Notes: generated from the sequence alone by a model not told the origin. Shown: positions 53,365 through 62,678, counted from the stretch's first letter. The stretch is DNA of 64,000 nucleotides from Candidatus Levyibacteriota bacterium (GCA_016432345.1 CP066685.1:176236-240235); one strand, 5' to 3'. A program made the numbers and translations.

Positions 53365-53916
53365 ATGTCTAAAATAGGAAAAATACCAGTTATAATTAAA
53401 GAAGGAGTAACAGTTTCCATTAATAATGGAGAGGTTGTTGTTAGCGGTCCAAAGGGAACATTAGTTTATAAAATTCCATCAAGTATTGATGTAAAGACAG
53501 AAGAAGGGAGAATTTTTGTTACACCTCAGAAAGAATTGCAAGATACCGTAAGGGCCGTATATGGTCTAACGCGAGCAATCCTTGCAAACATGGTAAAAGG
53601 CGTATCTGAAGGTTTCCAAAAAAAACTTGAACTTACTGGTGTTGGATATAGGGCTTCGGTAATGGGCAAAGACCTTTCTGTTTCTGTTGGATTTTCTCAT
53701 CCCGTAAAAATTGCAGCCCCAGAGGGCATACAATTTGCAGTTTTGGAAAATACAATTGTCATAACAGGCATAGATAAAGTTCTTGTTGGAAATACGGCAG
53801 CATCAATTAGAGCTATTCGTCCTCCAGAACCATATAAAGGAAAAGGGATAAAATATGCAGGTGAGAAAATAAGAAGAAAGGCAGGTAAAGCTGCAAAAGC
53901 AGTAGGGAGTAAGTAG
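53365..53916 (+). CDS. rplF: 50S ribosomal protein L6
   Basis: Begins MSKIGKIPVII and contains GVGYRA. The ATG at 53365 is preferred over the track's TTG at 53341. Confidence 0.96.
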   Translation: MSKIGKIPVIIKEGVTVSINNGEVVVSGPKGTLVYKIPSSIDVKTEEGRIFVTPQKELQDTVRAVYGLTRAILANMVKGVSEGFQKKLELTGVGYRASVMGKDLSVSVGFSHPVKIAAPEGIQFAVLENTIVITGIDKVLVGNTAASIRAIRPPEPYKGKGIKYAGEKIRRKAGKAAKAVGSK

Positions 53917-53917
53917 C

Positions 53918-54262
53918 ATGAATAATAAAAACCAAAAATTACGCAGAAGAAAAAGAGTAAGGGCAAGAGTAAAAGGCAGCAAAGAAATGCCAAGATTGTC
54001 TGTTTTTCGATCAAATCGATATTTCTACGGACAATTAATTAATGATGAAAAGGCTGCTACAATTGTAGGGGTATCAGAAAAAGAGCTTGAAAACAAAAAG
54101 GCGGAAAAAACAGAAAGAGCAAAAAAATTGGGACAGCTTATGGCAAAAAAAGCAATCGGTGAAAAGATAAAAAAAGTGGTTTTTGACAAAGGAAGCAATA
54201 AATATCATGGAAGAGTAAAAGCATTTGCCGATGGAGCAAGAGAAGGAGGATTGGTATTTTGA
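53918..54262 (+). CDS. rplR: 50S ribosomal protein L18
   Basis: Contains PRLSVFRSNRY.Y.Q and ends with the typical L18 C-terminus (YHGRVKAFADGAREGG). Confidence 0.96.
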   Translation: MNNKNQKLRRRKRVRARVKGSKEMPRLSVFRSNRYFYGQLINDEKAATIVGVSEKELENKKAEKTERAKKLGQLMAKKAIGEKIKKVVFDKGSNKYHGRVKAFADGAREGGLVF

Positions 54263-54714
54263 TGGAAAGGGAGTTTGAGGAGAAAATAGTCCAAATTAAC
54301 AGAGTTTCAAAAAAGACCAAAGGAGGTAACAAAGTTGGCTTCTCTGTTTTAGTGGTTGTGGGAGATAAAAAAGGAAAAGTAGGGGTTGGTCTTGGAAAAG
54401 CGGGAGATGTTTCTTCATCAATTAAAAAAGGTATTGAAATTGCCAAAAAACACATGCTTGTAGTACCAATTGTTAATGACACCATACCACTTGAAGTTAG
54501 AGTAAAGGTGGGAGCAGCCAGAATTATGTTAAAACCAGCGCCACGCGGTAGCGGCGTTATTGCAGGAGGAGCTGTTAGAAGCGTTGTTGAAGCAGCAGGA
54601 ATTCATAACATTTCATCAAAAGTTTTGGGAACAAAAAATCAGGCATCAAATGTGTATGCAACGCTTGCGGCTTTGCGCAGCATAGCAGATCAATATAAGG
54701 CAAAGGAGAAATAA
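54259..54714 (+). CDS. rpsE: 30S ribosomal protein S5
   Basis: Contains INRVSKKTKGG and GVGLGKA. Confidence 0.96.
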   Translation: MMEREFEEKIVQINRVSKKTKGGNKVGFSVLVVVGDKKGKVGVGLGKAGDVSSSIKKGIEIAKKHMLVVPIVNDTIPLEVRVKVGAARIMLKPAPRGSGVIAGGAVRSVVEAAGIHNISSKVLGTKNQASNVYATLAALRSIADQYKAKEK

Positions 54715-54715
54715 T

Positions 54716-55162
54716 ATGAAAGTTTCGTTAAGCACACTGCCAAGAATAACTGTTAAGGAAAAAAAGCGGTTGGGTCTTGGACATGGTTCGGGTCGTGGCA
54801 AAACTGCGGGCAGGGGGACAAAGGGTCAAAAAGCAAGAAACAAAGTTCCGATATATTTTGAAGGCGGAGCAGTTTCGCTTATTAAGCGTCTTCCATTTAT
54901 GCGCGGAAAAGGCAGAAATAAAGTATTTAAGAAGAAGCCAATAATTGTTAATCTTAAAGTACTTAACCTTTTACCTAAAGGAAGTATAGTAAATATAGAG
55001 ACGTTAATTAAGCATAGAATTGTTGACGCACAAGATGGAAAAGTATACGGTGTAAAAATTCTTGGAGACGGCGAACTTGCTAATTTATTAACAGTCGCTC
55101 TGCCAGTATCAAAAAGCGCTAGGCAGAAAATAGAAAAAGCAGGCGGAAAAGTATTAGTATAA
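54716..55162 (+). CDS. rplO: 50S ribosomal protein L15
   Basis: Contains [18 protein letters not shown]. It directly follows rpsE, with no rpmD between them. Confidence 0.96.
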   Translation: MKVSLSTLPRITVKEKKRLGLGHGSGRGKTAGRGTKGQKARNKVPIYFEGGAVSLIKRLPFMRGKGRNKVFKKKPIIVNLKVLNLLPKGSIVNIETLIKHRIVDAQDGKVYGVKILGDGELANLLTVALPVSKSARQKIEKAGGKVLV

Positions 55163-56448
55163 TGAAGAATATCCTGTCTATCTTCAAAAATAGCATAAAA
55201 ACAGAAGAGGTGCGAAGAAAAATTCTTTTTACCATAGGAGTTTTTGTAGTTTTTAGAATTTTTGCTTATATTCCAGTTTCTGGTGTCAATCTTGTTAGTC
55301 TTAAAGCGCTTTTTTCCCAGAATCAATTCTTAGGACTTTTAGATATATTCTCTGGCGGAACATTAGCAAACTTTTCGGTGATGGCTTTAGGACTTAATCC
55401 GTATATTAACGCCTCAATTATTTTTCAGCTTTGCACATTTGTTTTTCCAAAACTTGAAGAGTTGGCTAAAGAAGGAGAGAGCGGCCGCCAAAAAATAAAT
55501 CAATACACCAGATTTTTAACAGTTCCGCTGGCTATTTTGCAGGCCATTGGTATGTATGCGCTTTTGCGTAATCAGGGCATTATTTCTGTTCTTTCTCCTC
55601 TTTATCTGGTATCGTTTATTGCCACCATGACTGCAGGCACAATGCTTCTTGTATGGCTGGGTGAGCTTATTACAGAAAAAGGGATTGGAAACGGTATTTC
55701 AATTCTTATTTTTGCCGGCATCGTGGGAAGATTACCGGTAGTTATTGGTCAAACATTACAAACAGTTACTAACGAAAACATTCTAAATACAATCCTTTTT
55801 TTAGGGGTAGGCATTGGTGTTGTGGCAGGCGTTATTTTTATGAATGAAGCGGTGCGACAAATAACAGTATATTATGCAAAACGAGTCAGAGGCAACAAAG
55901 TGTATGGTGGGCAAACAACCCATTTGCCTCTGCGGTTAAATCAGGCAGGTGTCATTCCAATTATTTTTGCGGTCTCTCTGGTTTTATTACCGTCTCTTAT
56001 TGGTAATTATTTATCGGCCTCAAAAAATAGTGCTATTCATAATATTGCCACCGCTCTTTCTTCTTTATTTAATCCAACCAGCATCTTTTACAATGTTATT
56101 TATTTTTTGCTTATTGTTGGTTTTACGTATTTTTACACAGCGATTGTATTCAACCCCAAAAAAATAGCAGAAGAGATACAAAAGTACGGCGGATTTATTC
56201 CGGGTGTTAGACCTGGCACCCCAACAGCGCAGTATCTTAATTATGTTCTCACAAGAATTACTCTTGCAGGCGCTGTTTTTTTAGGGGTTATTGCAATTCT
56301 GCCAACGCTTGGTCGGGCTACCAGTGGAGTTCAAACACTATTTTTAGGTGGCACTGGACTGTTGATTGTGGTGTCTGTTGTTCTAGAAACAGTGCGGGCA
56401 ATCGAGTCGCAGCTGGTAATGCGTAATTACGAGCGATTTGTTCAGTAA
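55162..56448 (+). CDS. secY: Preprotein translocase subunit SecY
   Basis: It has 10 TM helices and typical SecY blocks ([13 protein letters not shown]). Confidence 0.97.
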   Translation: MKNILSIFKNSIKTEEVRRKILFTIGVFVVFRIFAYIPVSGVNLVSLKALFSQNQFLGLLDIFSGGTLANFSVMALGLNPYINASIIFQLCTFVFPKLEELAKEGESGRQKINQYTRFLTVPLAILQAIGMYALLRNQGIISVLSPLYLVSFIATMTAGTMLLVWLGELITEKGIGNGISILIFAGIVGRLPVVIGQTLQTVTNENILNTILFLGVGIGVVAGVIFMNEAVRQITVYYAKRVRGNKVYGGQTTHLPLRLNQAGVIPIIFAVSLVLLPSLIGNYLSASKNSAIHNIATALSSLFNPTSIFYNVIYFLLIVGFTYFYTAIVFNPKKIAEEIQKYGGFIPGVRPGTPTAQYLNYVLTRITLAGAVFLGVIAILPTLGRATSGVQTLFLGGTGLLIVVSVVLETVRAIESQLVMRNYERFVQ

Positions 56449-56454
56449 TACTTT

Positions 56455-56994
56455 ATGAGGATAGTGCTTATTGGTATTCAGGGTTCGGGTAAATCAACGC
56501 AGGGAGATTTGTTGTCCAAAAAATTTAGCATTCCATTTTTTTCTTCTGGAGATATTTTTCGAACATTAGCTAAAGAAGAAACGGATTTAGGAAAATATAT
56601 TAAAGAGGTTATGAATTCTGGGCTTTTAATTCCAGATGATAAGACGATTGCCATTATAACCGAGTATTTAAGTCGTCCAGAATATAAAAATGGCTATATT
56701 TTAGACGGTTTTCCTAGAACTATTATTCAGGCAGAGCAATTTAAAAATGGCGTTGATTTTACAATTTATTTAAAAGTTTCTGATGAAGAAGCGTTACACA
56801 GAATTAGCTTAAGAAAGTCAGCTAGACAAGATGAGACAACTTCAGCAATCCGTAAAAGAATTGAGCTTTTTCATACGCATACAGAGCCATTATTAGATTT
56901 TTACAGAAAAGATAATAAGTTAATTGAAATAGATGGCGAGCAGGATATTGAGGCAATCCACAAGCAAATTCTTGCTTCTTTGGGGGTAGCATGA
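56455..56994 (+). CDS. adk: Adenylate kinase (short-LID form, no zinc lid)
   Basis: Contains a P-loop GIQGSGKST, SSGDIFR and ILDGFPRT. The LID segment is very short. Confidence 0.9.
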   Translation: MRIVLIGIQGSGKSTQGDLLSKKFSIPFFSSGDIFRTLAKEETDLGKYIKEVMNSGLLIPDDKTIAIITEYLSRPEYKNGYILDGFPRTIIQAEQFKNGVDFTIYLKVSDEEALHRISLRKSARQDETTSAIRKRIELFHTHTEPLLDFYRKDNKLIEIDGEQDIEAIHKQILASLGVA

Positions 56995-57533
56995 GCAAAA
57001 AACAAATTTTTGCTCTGGTTGGTATGCCAGGTTCTGGCAAAAGCGAAGTTGTTTTATATCTTCAAAAAAAAGGTCTTCCGGTGCTGCGGTTTGGGGATTT
57101 AACAGAAAAGGTATTACAAGAACAAAATCTTACGATTACTCCGGAAAATGAGAAAAAAGTTAGAGAAGGTCTGCGAGCGGAATTTGGTATGGCTGTCTAT
57201 GCCGAAAAATCAAAAGCAAAAATTGATGAGCTTTTTGCGTCATATGATACTGTTGTAATTGATGGACTATATTCGTGGGAAGAGTACTTATTTTTAAAAA
57301 AGTCTTTTCCAAAATTAATACTTATTTATATTTTTACCCGACCAAGCGTTCGATATCAAAGGCTTGCCAAAAGAAAAATTAGGCCCCTCACTGAAGAACA
57401 GGTAAAGATGCGAGATGTTTTGGAAATTGAAAAACTTAACAAAGGCGGTCCGATTGCTATTGCGGATTTTGTGATAGATAACTCGGAAGAAAATATTGAT
57501 GAGCTACATAAGAATATAGATAAAATTTTATGA
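56991..57533 (+). CDS. P-loop nucleotide kinase-like protein, UPF0200-like (archaeal-type, dephospho-CoA-kinase related)
   Basis: The pattern GMPGSGKSEV...G.PV..FGD...TPEN...VVIDG..S.EE...R..RL..R resembles the archaeal UPF0200 family, recalled from memory. It overlaps adk through an ATGA junction. Confidence 0.55.
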   Translation: MSKKQIFALVGMPGSGKSEVVLYLQKKGLPVLRFGDLTEKVLQEQNLTITPENEKKVREGLRAEFGMAVYAEKSKAKIDELFASYDTVVIDGLYSWEEYLFLKKSFPKLILIYIFTRPSVRYQRLAKRKIRPLTEEQVKMRDVLEIEKLNKGGPIAIADFVIDNSEENIDELHKNIDKIL

Positions 57534-58279
57534 TAAATATAAAAACAGACAAAGAAATAGAGAGCATGGTAAAAGGCGGCAAGATTTTGGTTGATGTTCT
57601 GTCTGCGGTGTTACGTTATGCCAAGCAGGGTGTTTCTGAACTCGAGCTTGACGCAATGGCTGAAAAGCTGATTAGGGAAAAAGGCGCAGAGCCTGGGTTT
57701 AAGAAAATCAAAGGATATAATCATACAATTTGTATTTCAACTAACGATGTGGTTGTTCATGGCGTGCCAACTTCTTACAAATTAAAAGAAGGAGATATTG
57801 TCGGAATTGATTGCGGAGTATTTTATAAAGGATTTCATACTGACGCTGCACATACAATACAAGTTAAAAATTCGGAAGGAGTTAATAAATTTTTAAAGAC
57901 CGGAGAGCAAGCGCTTTGGGAGGCGATTAAGCAGGCAAAACCTGGAAACAGGATTGGACATATTAGTAAGACTATTCAAGATATTATCGAGGGAGCAGGG
58001 TATTCGGTTGTCAGAAGTTTGATTGGTCATGGGGTGGGAAGACAGCTGCATGAAGAACCAGAAGTTCCAGGTTTTCTTAATAGAAAAATAGAAAAAACTC
58101 CGCTTTTGGTTGAAGGTATGACAATTGCAGTTGAGGTTATTTATAACATGGGTAAAAAAGAAGTTAAATATGGAAACAAAGACGGCTGGACTATTTCTAC
58201 AGCAGATGGAAGCATCTCCGGCCTTTTCGAACGGACAATTGCTCTTATCAAAGATGGAAATATATTAATCACAAAATAG
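57530..58279 (+). CDS. map: Type I methionine aminopeptidase
   Basis: Metal-ligand blocks are present (GDIVGIDCG, HGVGR..HE, IAVEV). Confidence 0.95.
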   Translation: MINIKTDKEIESMVKGGKILVDVLSAVLRYAKQGVSELELDAMAEKLIREKGAEPGFKKIKGYNHTICISTNDVVVHGVPTSYKLKEGDIVGIDCGVFYKGFHTDAAHTIQVKNSEGVNKFLKTGEQALWEAIKQAKPGNRIGHISKTIQDIIEGAGYSVVRSLIGHGVGRQLHEEPEVPGFLNRKIEKTPLLVEGMTIAVEVIYNMGKKEVKYGNKDGWTISTADGSISGLFERTIALIKDGNILITK

Positions 58280-58281
58280 GT

Positions 58282-58310
58282 TTGCTCTTTATAGGCTGGT
58301 TTGTTATAAT
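58282..58310 (+). promoter_or_regulatory. Sigma70-like promoter TTGCTC-17-TATAAT for infA
   Basis: The -10 is a perfect consensus with a 17-nt spacer. The leader to the ATG at 58390 is about 75 nt. Confidence 0.5.
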
Positions 58311-58389
58311 AGTTAGACAAGCGTCTAGTTCAAGGACTGCCACATGGCAAACTAACCGCTAGTCGGTTAGTAACTAAACGCTTATATTT

Positions 58390-58608
58390 ATGGCTCATCA
58401 GGGATCATACGAAGTAGAAGGTGTTGTTAAAGAATCATTGCCTAATACCTTATTTCGTGTTGAAACCTCGGATGGGCAGATTATTTTGTGTCATTTATCC
58501 GGTAAGATGAGAATGCATTTTATTAAAATTTTGCCAGGAGATAAGGTTAAAGTGGAAATGACGCCGTACGACAAGTCGAAGGGAAGAATTACCTATAGAG
58601 GAAAATAA
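58390..58608 (+). CDS. infA: Translation initiation factor IF-1
   Basis: The S1-like fold sequence G.V.E.LPN..FRV....G......L.GKMR...I.I..GD.V.VE..PYD...GRI.YR supports the call. Confidence 0.97.
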   Translation: MAHQGSYEVEGVVKESLPNTLFRVETSDGQIILCHLSGKMRMHFIKILPGDKVKVEMTPYDKSKGRITYRGK

Positions 58609-58609
58609 C

Positions 58610-58723
58610 ATGAAAGTACAAGCAAGTGTTAAAAAACGATGTGTAAAATGCAAAATTATTAAGCGAAAAGGTGTAATTCGTGTGGTTTGCGAAAATCCAA
58701 GACACAAACAAAGACAGGGATAG
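58610..58723 (+). CDS. rpmJ: 50S ribosomal protein L36 (zinc type)
   Basis: It is not in the ORF track because it is too short. My own translation gives [37 protein letters not shown]. Confidence 0.95.
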   Translation: MKVQASVKKRCVKCKIIKRKGVIRVVCENPRHKQRQG

Positions 58724-58726
58724 TTT

Positions 58727-59161
58727 ATGAGAATTTCGGGAGTAAATATTCCAGATCAAAAAAGAGTAGATATTGCTTTGACATATATTTATGGCATTGG
58801 AAGAAGCAACGTGAATGATGTATTAAAAAATGCAGAAGTTGACGCGGCAAAACGCATAAAAACACTTTCCGAGGAGGAGCAAAAAAGAATTCAAAAAGCA
58901 CTTGAAACATATAAGGTGGAAGGAGATTTACGAGCAGAAATAACAGCAAGTATAAAGAGATTAAAAGAGATTGGTAGTTATAGAGGCATGCGGCATTCTC
59001 GCAATTTACCAGTACGAGGTCAAAGAACTCGTTCAAATGCTCGTACAAAACGAGGAAAGAGGGTAACAATTGGCGCAATTAAAAAAGAAATGGCTGCAAA
59101 ACTTGGTATTGATACAAAAACAGAGAGCGCGCCAAAACCAGCCGCAGGAGGAAAAAAATAG
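58727..59161 (+). CDS. rpsM: 30S ribosomal protein S13
   Basis: Begins MRISGVNIP and contains YRG.RH...LPVRGQRT..NART. Confidence 0.97.
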   Translation: MRISGVNIPDQKRVDIALTYIYGIGRSNVNDVLKNAEVDAAKRIKTLSEEEQKRIQKALETYKVEGDLRAEITASIKRLKEIGSYRGMRHSRNLPVRGQRTRSNARTKRGKRVTIGAIKKEMAAKLGIDTKTESAPKPAAGGKK

Positions 59162-59164
59162 CTT

Positions 59165-59578
59165 ATGGCAGAAAAAGCAATAAAAAAAGAAGCAGTAAAG
59201 CCTGCAAAAAGAAAAAAAACTAATGTTAAAATATCCCAGAAGGGAAAGGTGTATATTATTGCCACATTTAACAATACGCTTGTTACGATAACAAATGATA
59301 AGGGAGATACTGTGTCATGGGGGTCAGCTGGCGCAGCAGGATTTAAAGGTACAAGAAAATCTACTCCTTACGCGGCAACTGTGGCAATGGAACAAGCAGC
59401 TAAAAAGGCTTTGGCTTTAGGTATTCAATCGGTTGATGTATCTGTAAAAGGACCAGGCGCCGGGAGAGATTCCGCTTTGCGGGCAATTAAATCAGCGGGG
59501 ATTTCGATATCTTCAATTGCGGATATTACACCTATCCCCCATAATGGGCCAAGGGCAAAAAAGAAAAGAAGAGTATAA
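59165..59578 (+). CDS. rpsK: 30S ribosomal protein S11
   Basis: Contains FNNT.VTITD..G...SWGSAG..GFKG.RKSTP.AA. Confidence 0.97.
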   Translation: MAEKAIKKEAVKPAKRKKTNVKISQKGKVYIIATFNNTLVTITNDKGDTVSWGSAGAAGFKGTRKSTPYAATVAMEQAAKKALALGIQSVDVSVKGPGAGRDSALRAIKSAGISISSIADITPIPHNGPRAKKKRRV

Positions 59579-59583
59579 AAATT

Positions 59584-60186
59584 ATGGCACGATATACAGG
59601 ACCAAAACATAAATTAGCTAGAAGACATGGAGTAAATATTCTTGATAAGGAATCTAAATCTCTTACTAGAAGATTAACTGTTCTTCCTGGTATCCATGGA
59701 AAAAAGAGAAAAAGAGCCCTGTCCGAATTTGGTCAGCAGTTAAAAGAAAAACAAAAGGCAAAAACCATGTATGGTATTTTAGAAAAGCAGTTTAAAAATC
59801 TTGTTGATAAATTGCAAAAGAAAAAGGGTGAAACAGGAGAACTTTTAATATCTCTTTTGGAAACAAGACTTGATAATATCGTTTATCGCTTGGGTTTTAC
59901 AAAATCAAGATTTCAAGCAAGACAGTTTGTTGCGCATGGCCATATTTTGGTAAATGGTAAGAAAATGACAATTCCGTCCTATCAGGTTAAAGAAAAAGAT
60001 ATTATAGAATTATCTCCCAAATTGCAGAAAAACCCTAATGTTTTAGAGCTCTTAAAAGAGGAAAGACCGATACTTTCGTATCTAGCAAGAGAAGCAATTT
60101 CTGGAAAGCTGTTGCGTATGCCGGGAAAGGCAGATGTGCAGGTTCCTTTTGATACACAGCTGATTATTGAATATTATTCAAGATAG
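59584..60186 (+). CDS. rpsD: 30S ribosomal protein S4
   Basis: Begins MARYTGPK.KL.RR.G and has an S4 RNA-binding domain. Confidence 0.96.
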   Translation: MARYTGPKHKLARRHGVNILDKESKSLTRRLTVLPGIHGKKRKRALSEFGQQLKEKQKAKTMYGILEKQFKNLVDKLQKKKGETGELLISLLETRLDNIVYRLGFTKSRFQARQFVAHGHILVNGKKMTIPSYQVKEKDIIELSPKLQKNPNVLELLKEERPILSYLAREAISGKLLRMPGKADVQVPFDTQLIIEYYSR

Positions 60187-60213
60187 TGTTATAATACTTT
60201 TTTGAACTTATTT

Positions 60214-61137
60214 ATGGATCCGGTATTTAAAGTAAAAGAAGAAAAACATACAGATGAGTACGGCGAGTTTGTTATCGAACCGCTAGAGCCAGGATATGGT
60301 CATACGGTTGGAAATGCGTTGCGCCGAGTGCTTTTAACATCTATTCCAGGAGCTGCAATAACCTCTGTTAAAATTTCTGGTGTGAAACATAGATTTTCTA
60401 CACTTTCTGGACTTAAAGAAAACATTGTTGATTTGCTTCTTAATCTTAAAGGTGTAAGTTTCCATTTTTCCGACGCAAAAACCAGCGCCACGATTAGAAT
60501 CTCTGAAAAAGGCCCCAAAACCATTACGGCAAGAGATATTGTTGTCAGTGATGGCGTTGAAATTGTTAATAAAGATCATTATTTGGGTTCGTTAGCAGAT
60601 AAAAAAGCAAAACTAGATATGGAAATGACTGTTGAAAAAGGACAAGGATACATGGTTGTAGAAGATCGAAAAGTATCTGAAGTAGGAGTTATTACCACAG
60701 ATGCCATATTTACTCCTGTAAGAAGAGTTAGCTATAATGTATCTGCAACACGTGTTGGCAGACAAACAAATCTTGATAAACTGACCATATCCATTTGGAC
60801 AAACGGCACAATTACTCCCCGCGAGGCTCTTCGCCAAGCCGCTAAAGTTTTAGGGTCGTTTTTTATGCAAGTATACGAACCAAAATCCGCATCGCTTCCA
60901 TCAGATGGCATAGCAATAAGTCCAAGCATTTCTGAAGATTTGCTTAAGCTTACCATTGATGAACTCGATTTACCAACCCGTATTTACAATAGTTTACGAA
61001 ATGGTAGCATAGAAACACTTGGGCAACTTTTGGGAACATCAAAAAGAGACCTTATGACTATGAGAAATATGGGAAACAAATCTATTAGTATTATCGAGGA
61101 TAAATTGCGAGAAAAAGGAATATCATTGGGAGTGTAA
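60214..61137 (+). CDS. rpoA: DNA-directed RNA polymerase subunit alpha
   Basis: Contains GYGHTVGNALRRVLL and a C-terminal helix-hairpin-helix domain (LDLPTRIYNSL). The ATG at 60214 is preferred over the TTG at 60202. Confidence 0.96.
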   Translation: MDPVFKVKEEKHTDEYGEFVIEPLEPGYGHTVGNALRRVLLTSIPGAAITSVKISGVKHRFSTLSGLKENIVDLLLNLKGVSFHFSDAKTSATIRISEKGPKTITARDIVVSDGVEIVNKDHYLGSLADKKAKLDMEMTVEKGQGYMVVEDRKVSEVGVITTDAIFTPVRRVSYNVSATRVGRQTNLDKLTISIWTNGTITPREALRQAAKVLGSFFMQVYEPKSASLPSDGIAISPSISEDLLKLTIDELDLPTRIYNSLRNGSIETLGQLLGTSKRDLMTMRNMGNKSISIIEDKLREKGISLGV

Positions 61138-61140
61138 GAC

Positions 61141-61200
61141 ACGAATAGACACGAATGTTTTTTGAGCGGAAATTGAGTATTCGTGTTTATTCGTTTTTTT
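61141..61200 (+). terminator. 16-bp hairpin plus T6 run between rpoA and rplQ, ending at the rplQ ATG
   Basis: ACGAATAGACACGAAT (61141-61156) pairs with ATTCGTGTTTATTCGT (61179-61194) with one G-U pair. The loop is 22 nt and TTTTTT occupies 61195-61200. Confidence 0.6.
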
Positions 61201-61659
61201 ATGAGAAAGAAAGTATTTGGCAGAAAATTGAAAAGAGATAAAAACGAAAGAAAGGCTCTTTTTAAGAGTCTTATGTCGGCGTTGGTTTTATATGGGCATA
61301 TTAAAACAACAATTGCTAAAGCAAAGGCAATAAAAGGAACAATTGAAAAGCTTGTAACGAAGACAAACAAAAGTAACAAAGAACTTGCATACAGGTTTTT
61401 AAATTATTACTTATCTAGCGCGACAATCAGTAAATTTGTTAATGAAGTTGCTCCTCGTTTTACAGATAGATCAGGTGGATATACCAGAATAATAAAAATT
61501 GGCAATAGGCTTAAAGATAATTCCAAAATGGCACTTATGGAATGGACGGAAAAAAACTCAAAACCAGACGAAAAAGAAACAAAAGAAAACGAAGAAAAAG
61601 CGGAGATCAAAAAAGAAAAAAAGCCAAGAAAGAAAGAAACGAAAAAAACAATAAAATGA
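61201..61659 (+). CDS. rplQ: 50S ribosomal protein L17 (with a K/E-rich C-terminal tail)
   Basis: Begins MRKKVFGRKLKRDKNERKALFKSL and contains GGYTRI. The ATG at 61201 is preferred over the track's start at 61183. Confidence 0.95.
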   Translation: MRKKVFGRKLKRDKNERKALFKSLMSALVLYGHIKTTIAKAKAIKGTIEKLVTKTNKSNKELAYRFLNYYLSSATISKFVNEVAPRFTDRSGGYTRIIKIGNRLKDNSKMALMEWTEKNSKPDEKETKENEEKAEIKKEKKPRKKETKKTIK

Positions 61660-62087
61660 AAACACAGACAAAATCAACAAAAGCAGCGGATATAAAGCGA
61701 TCTTGGTATCTTGTTGATGTTGGAGAAAAAATACTGGGTAGATCAGCAACAGAAATTGCGCTGCTTCTTATGGGAAAGAAAAAACCATATTTTGTTAGGC
61801 ATTTAGACTGTGGCGATTACGTTGTGGTTGTAAACGCAAAAGAGGTAAAAGTTACTGGCAACAAGGAATTAAAAAAGATTTATTATAGATATTCTGGTTA
61901 CCCAGGTGGATTAAGCTCTAGAAAATTAGAAGAAGTACGCGCTCAAAAACCGGAGGAAATTATTATTCATGCAGTAAAAGGCATGTTACCTCAAAATAGA
62001 TTGCGTGATAGAATGTTAAAACGCTTATTTGTTTTTGCAGGGGCAGAACATACATATCAAGATAAATTTAGAAACAGCGTATGGTAA
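61656..62087 (+). CDS. rplM: 50S ribosomal protein L13
   Basis: Begins MKTQTKSTKAADIKRSWYLVD and contains YYRYSGYPGG. It overlaps rplQ through an ATGA junction. The track's earlier start is an out-of-frame read of the L17 tail. Confidence 0.96.
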   Translation: MKTQTKSTKAADIKRSWYLVDVGEKILGRSATEIALLLMGKKKPYFVRHLDCGDYVVVVNAKEVKVTGNKELKKIYYRYSGYPGGLSSRKLEEVRAQKPEEIIIHAVKGMLPQNRLRDRMLKRLFVFAGAEHTYQDKFRNSVW

Positions 62088-62566
62088 AACAAGTAAAAGT
62101 AGAAGAAACACAAACAAAGAATAAACCTATAAAAAAGGATTATATTCATGCTGTGGGAAGACGCAGAGAAGCAGTCGCCCGAGTTCGTCTGTACCCAGAG
62201 ATAAAAGACCCCATTGTATGGGGAGAAAAACAAGTTGAAAAAGGCATGATATTTATTAATGGAAAGGTAGCATCAGAGTATTTTCCGTCTAGTATTGCTA
62301 AGATGCGATATGAACAGCCATTGCGCATAGCAAATTTATTGGGTAAATTTACTGTTACTGTTGTAGTAGTAGGAGGGGGAAAAAGTGGCCAGCTTGAGGC
62401 TTTAGTTCATGGTCTCTCAAGAGCAATTGTGACATACGATAAAGAAAAATTTCGTCCTCTTCTTAAGAAAAAAGGTTTGTTAACTCGCGACCAAAGAGCA
62501 AAAGAGCGACGAAAAGTTGGTATGGGTGGAAAAGCAAGACGCAAGAAACAATCACCAAAACGATAA
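62081..62566 (+). CDS. rpsI: 30S ribosomal protein S9 (with an N-terminal extension)
   Basis: Contains GRRREAVARV and GGG.SGQ, and ends in the C-terminal KKQSPKR. Confidence 0.96.
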   Translation: MVKQVKVEETQTKNKPIKKDYIHAVGRRREAVARVRLYPEIKDPIVWGEKQVEKGMIFINGKVASEYFPSSIAKMRYEQPLRIANLLGKFTVTVVVVGGGKSGQLEALVHGLSRAIVTYDKEKFRPLLKKKGLLTRDQRAKERRKVGMGGKARRKKQSPKR

Positions 62567-62569
62567 AAG

Positions 62570-62642
62570 TCAGGGTGGGCAGATTTGAACTGCCGACTTC
62601 TGGACCCCCAGCCCAGCGTTCTACCAACTGAACTACACCCTG
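62570..62642 (-). tRNA. tRNA-Pro (anticodon GGG), no encoded CCA
   Basis: A manual cloverleaf was drawn on the reverse complement: acceptor CAGGGTG/CACCCTG (C1-G72, A73), D arm GTTC-AGTTGGTA-GAAC, anticodon arm CTGGG-CTGGGGG-TCCAG (anticodon GGG, G37), and T arm GGCAG-TTCAAAT-CTGCC. Confidence 0.88.
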
Positions 62643-62650
62643 TTTACCAC

Positions 62651-62678
62651 TTGCATTTTATCATATTGTTGTTACAAT
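62651..62678 (+). promoter_or_regulatory. Sigma70-like promoter TTGCAT-16-TACAAT for recA
   Basis: Read directly. The -10 ends 11 nt before the ATG. Confidence 0.5.

Noticed and set aside
61542-61655. The upstream extension of the rplM ORF, which gives a K/R-rich N-terminus.
   Set aside because: It is the out-of-frame reading of the K/E-rich tail of L17. The L13 homology begins at the ATG at 61656, which forms an ATGA overlap with the rplQ stop.
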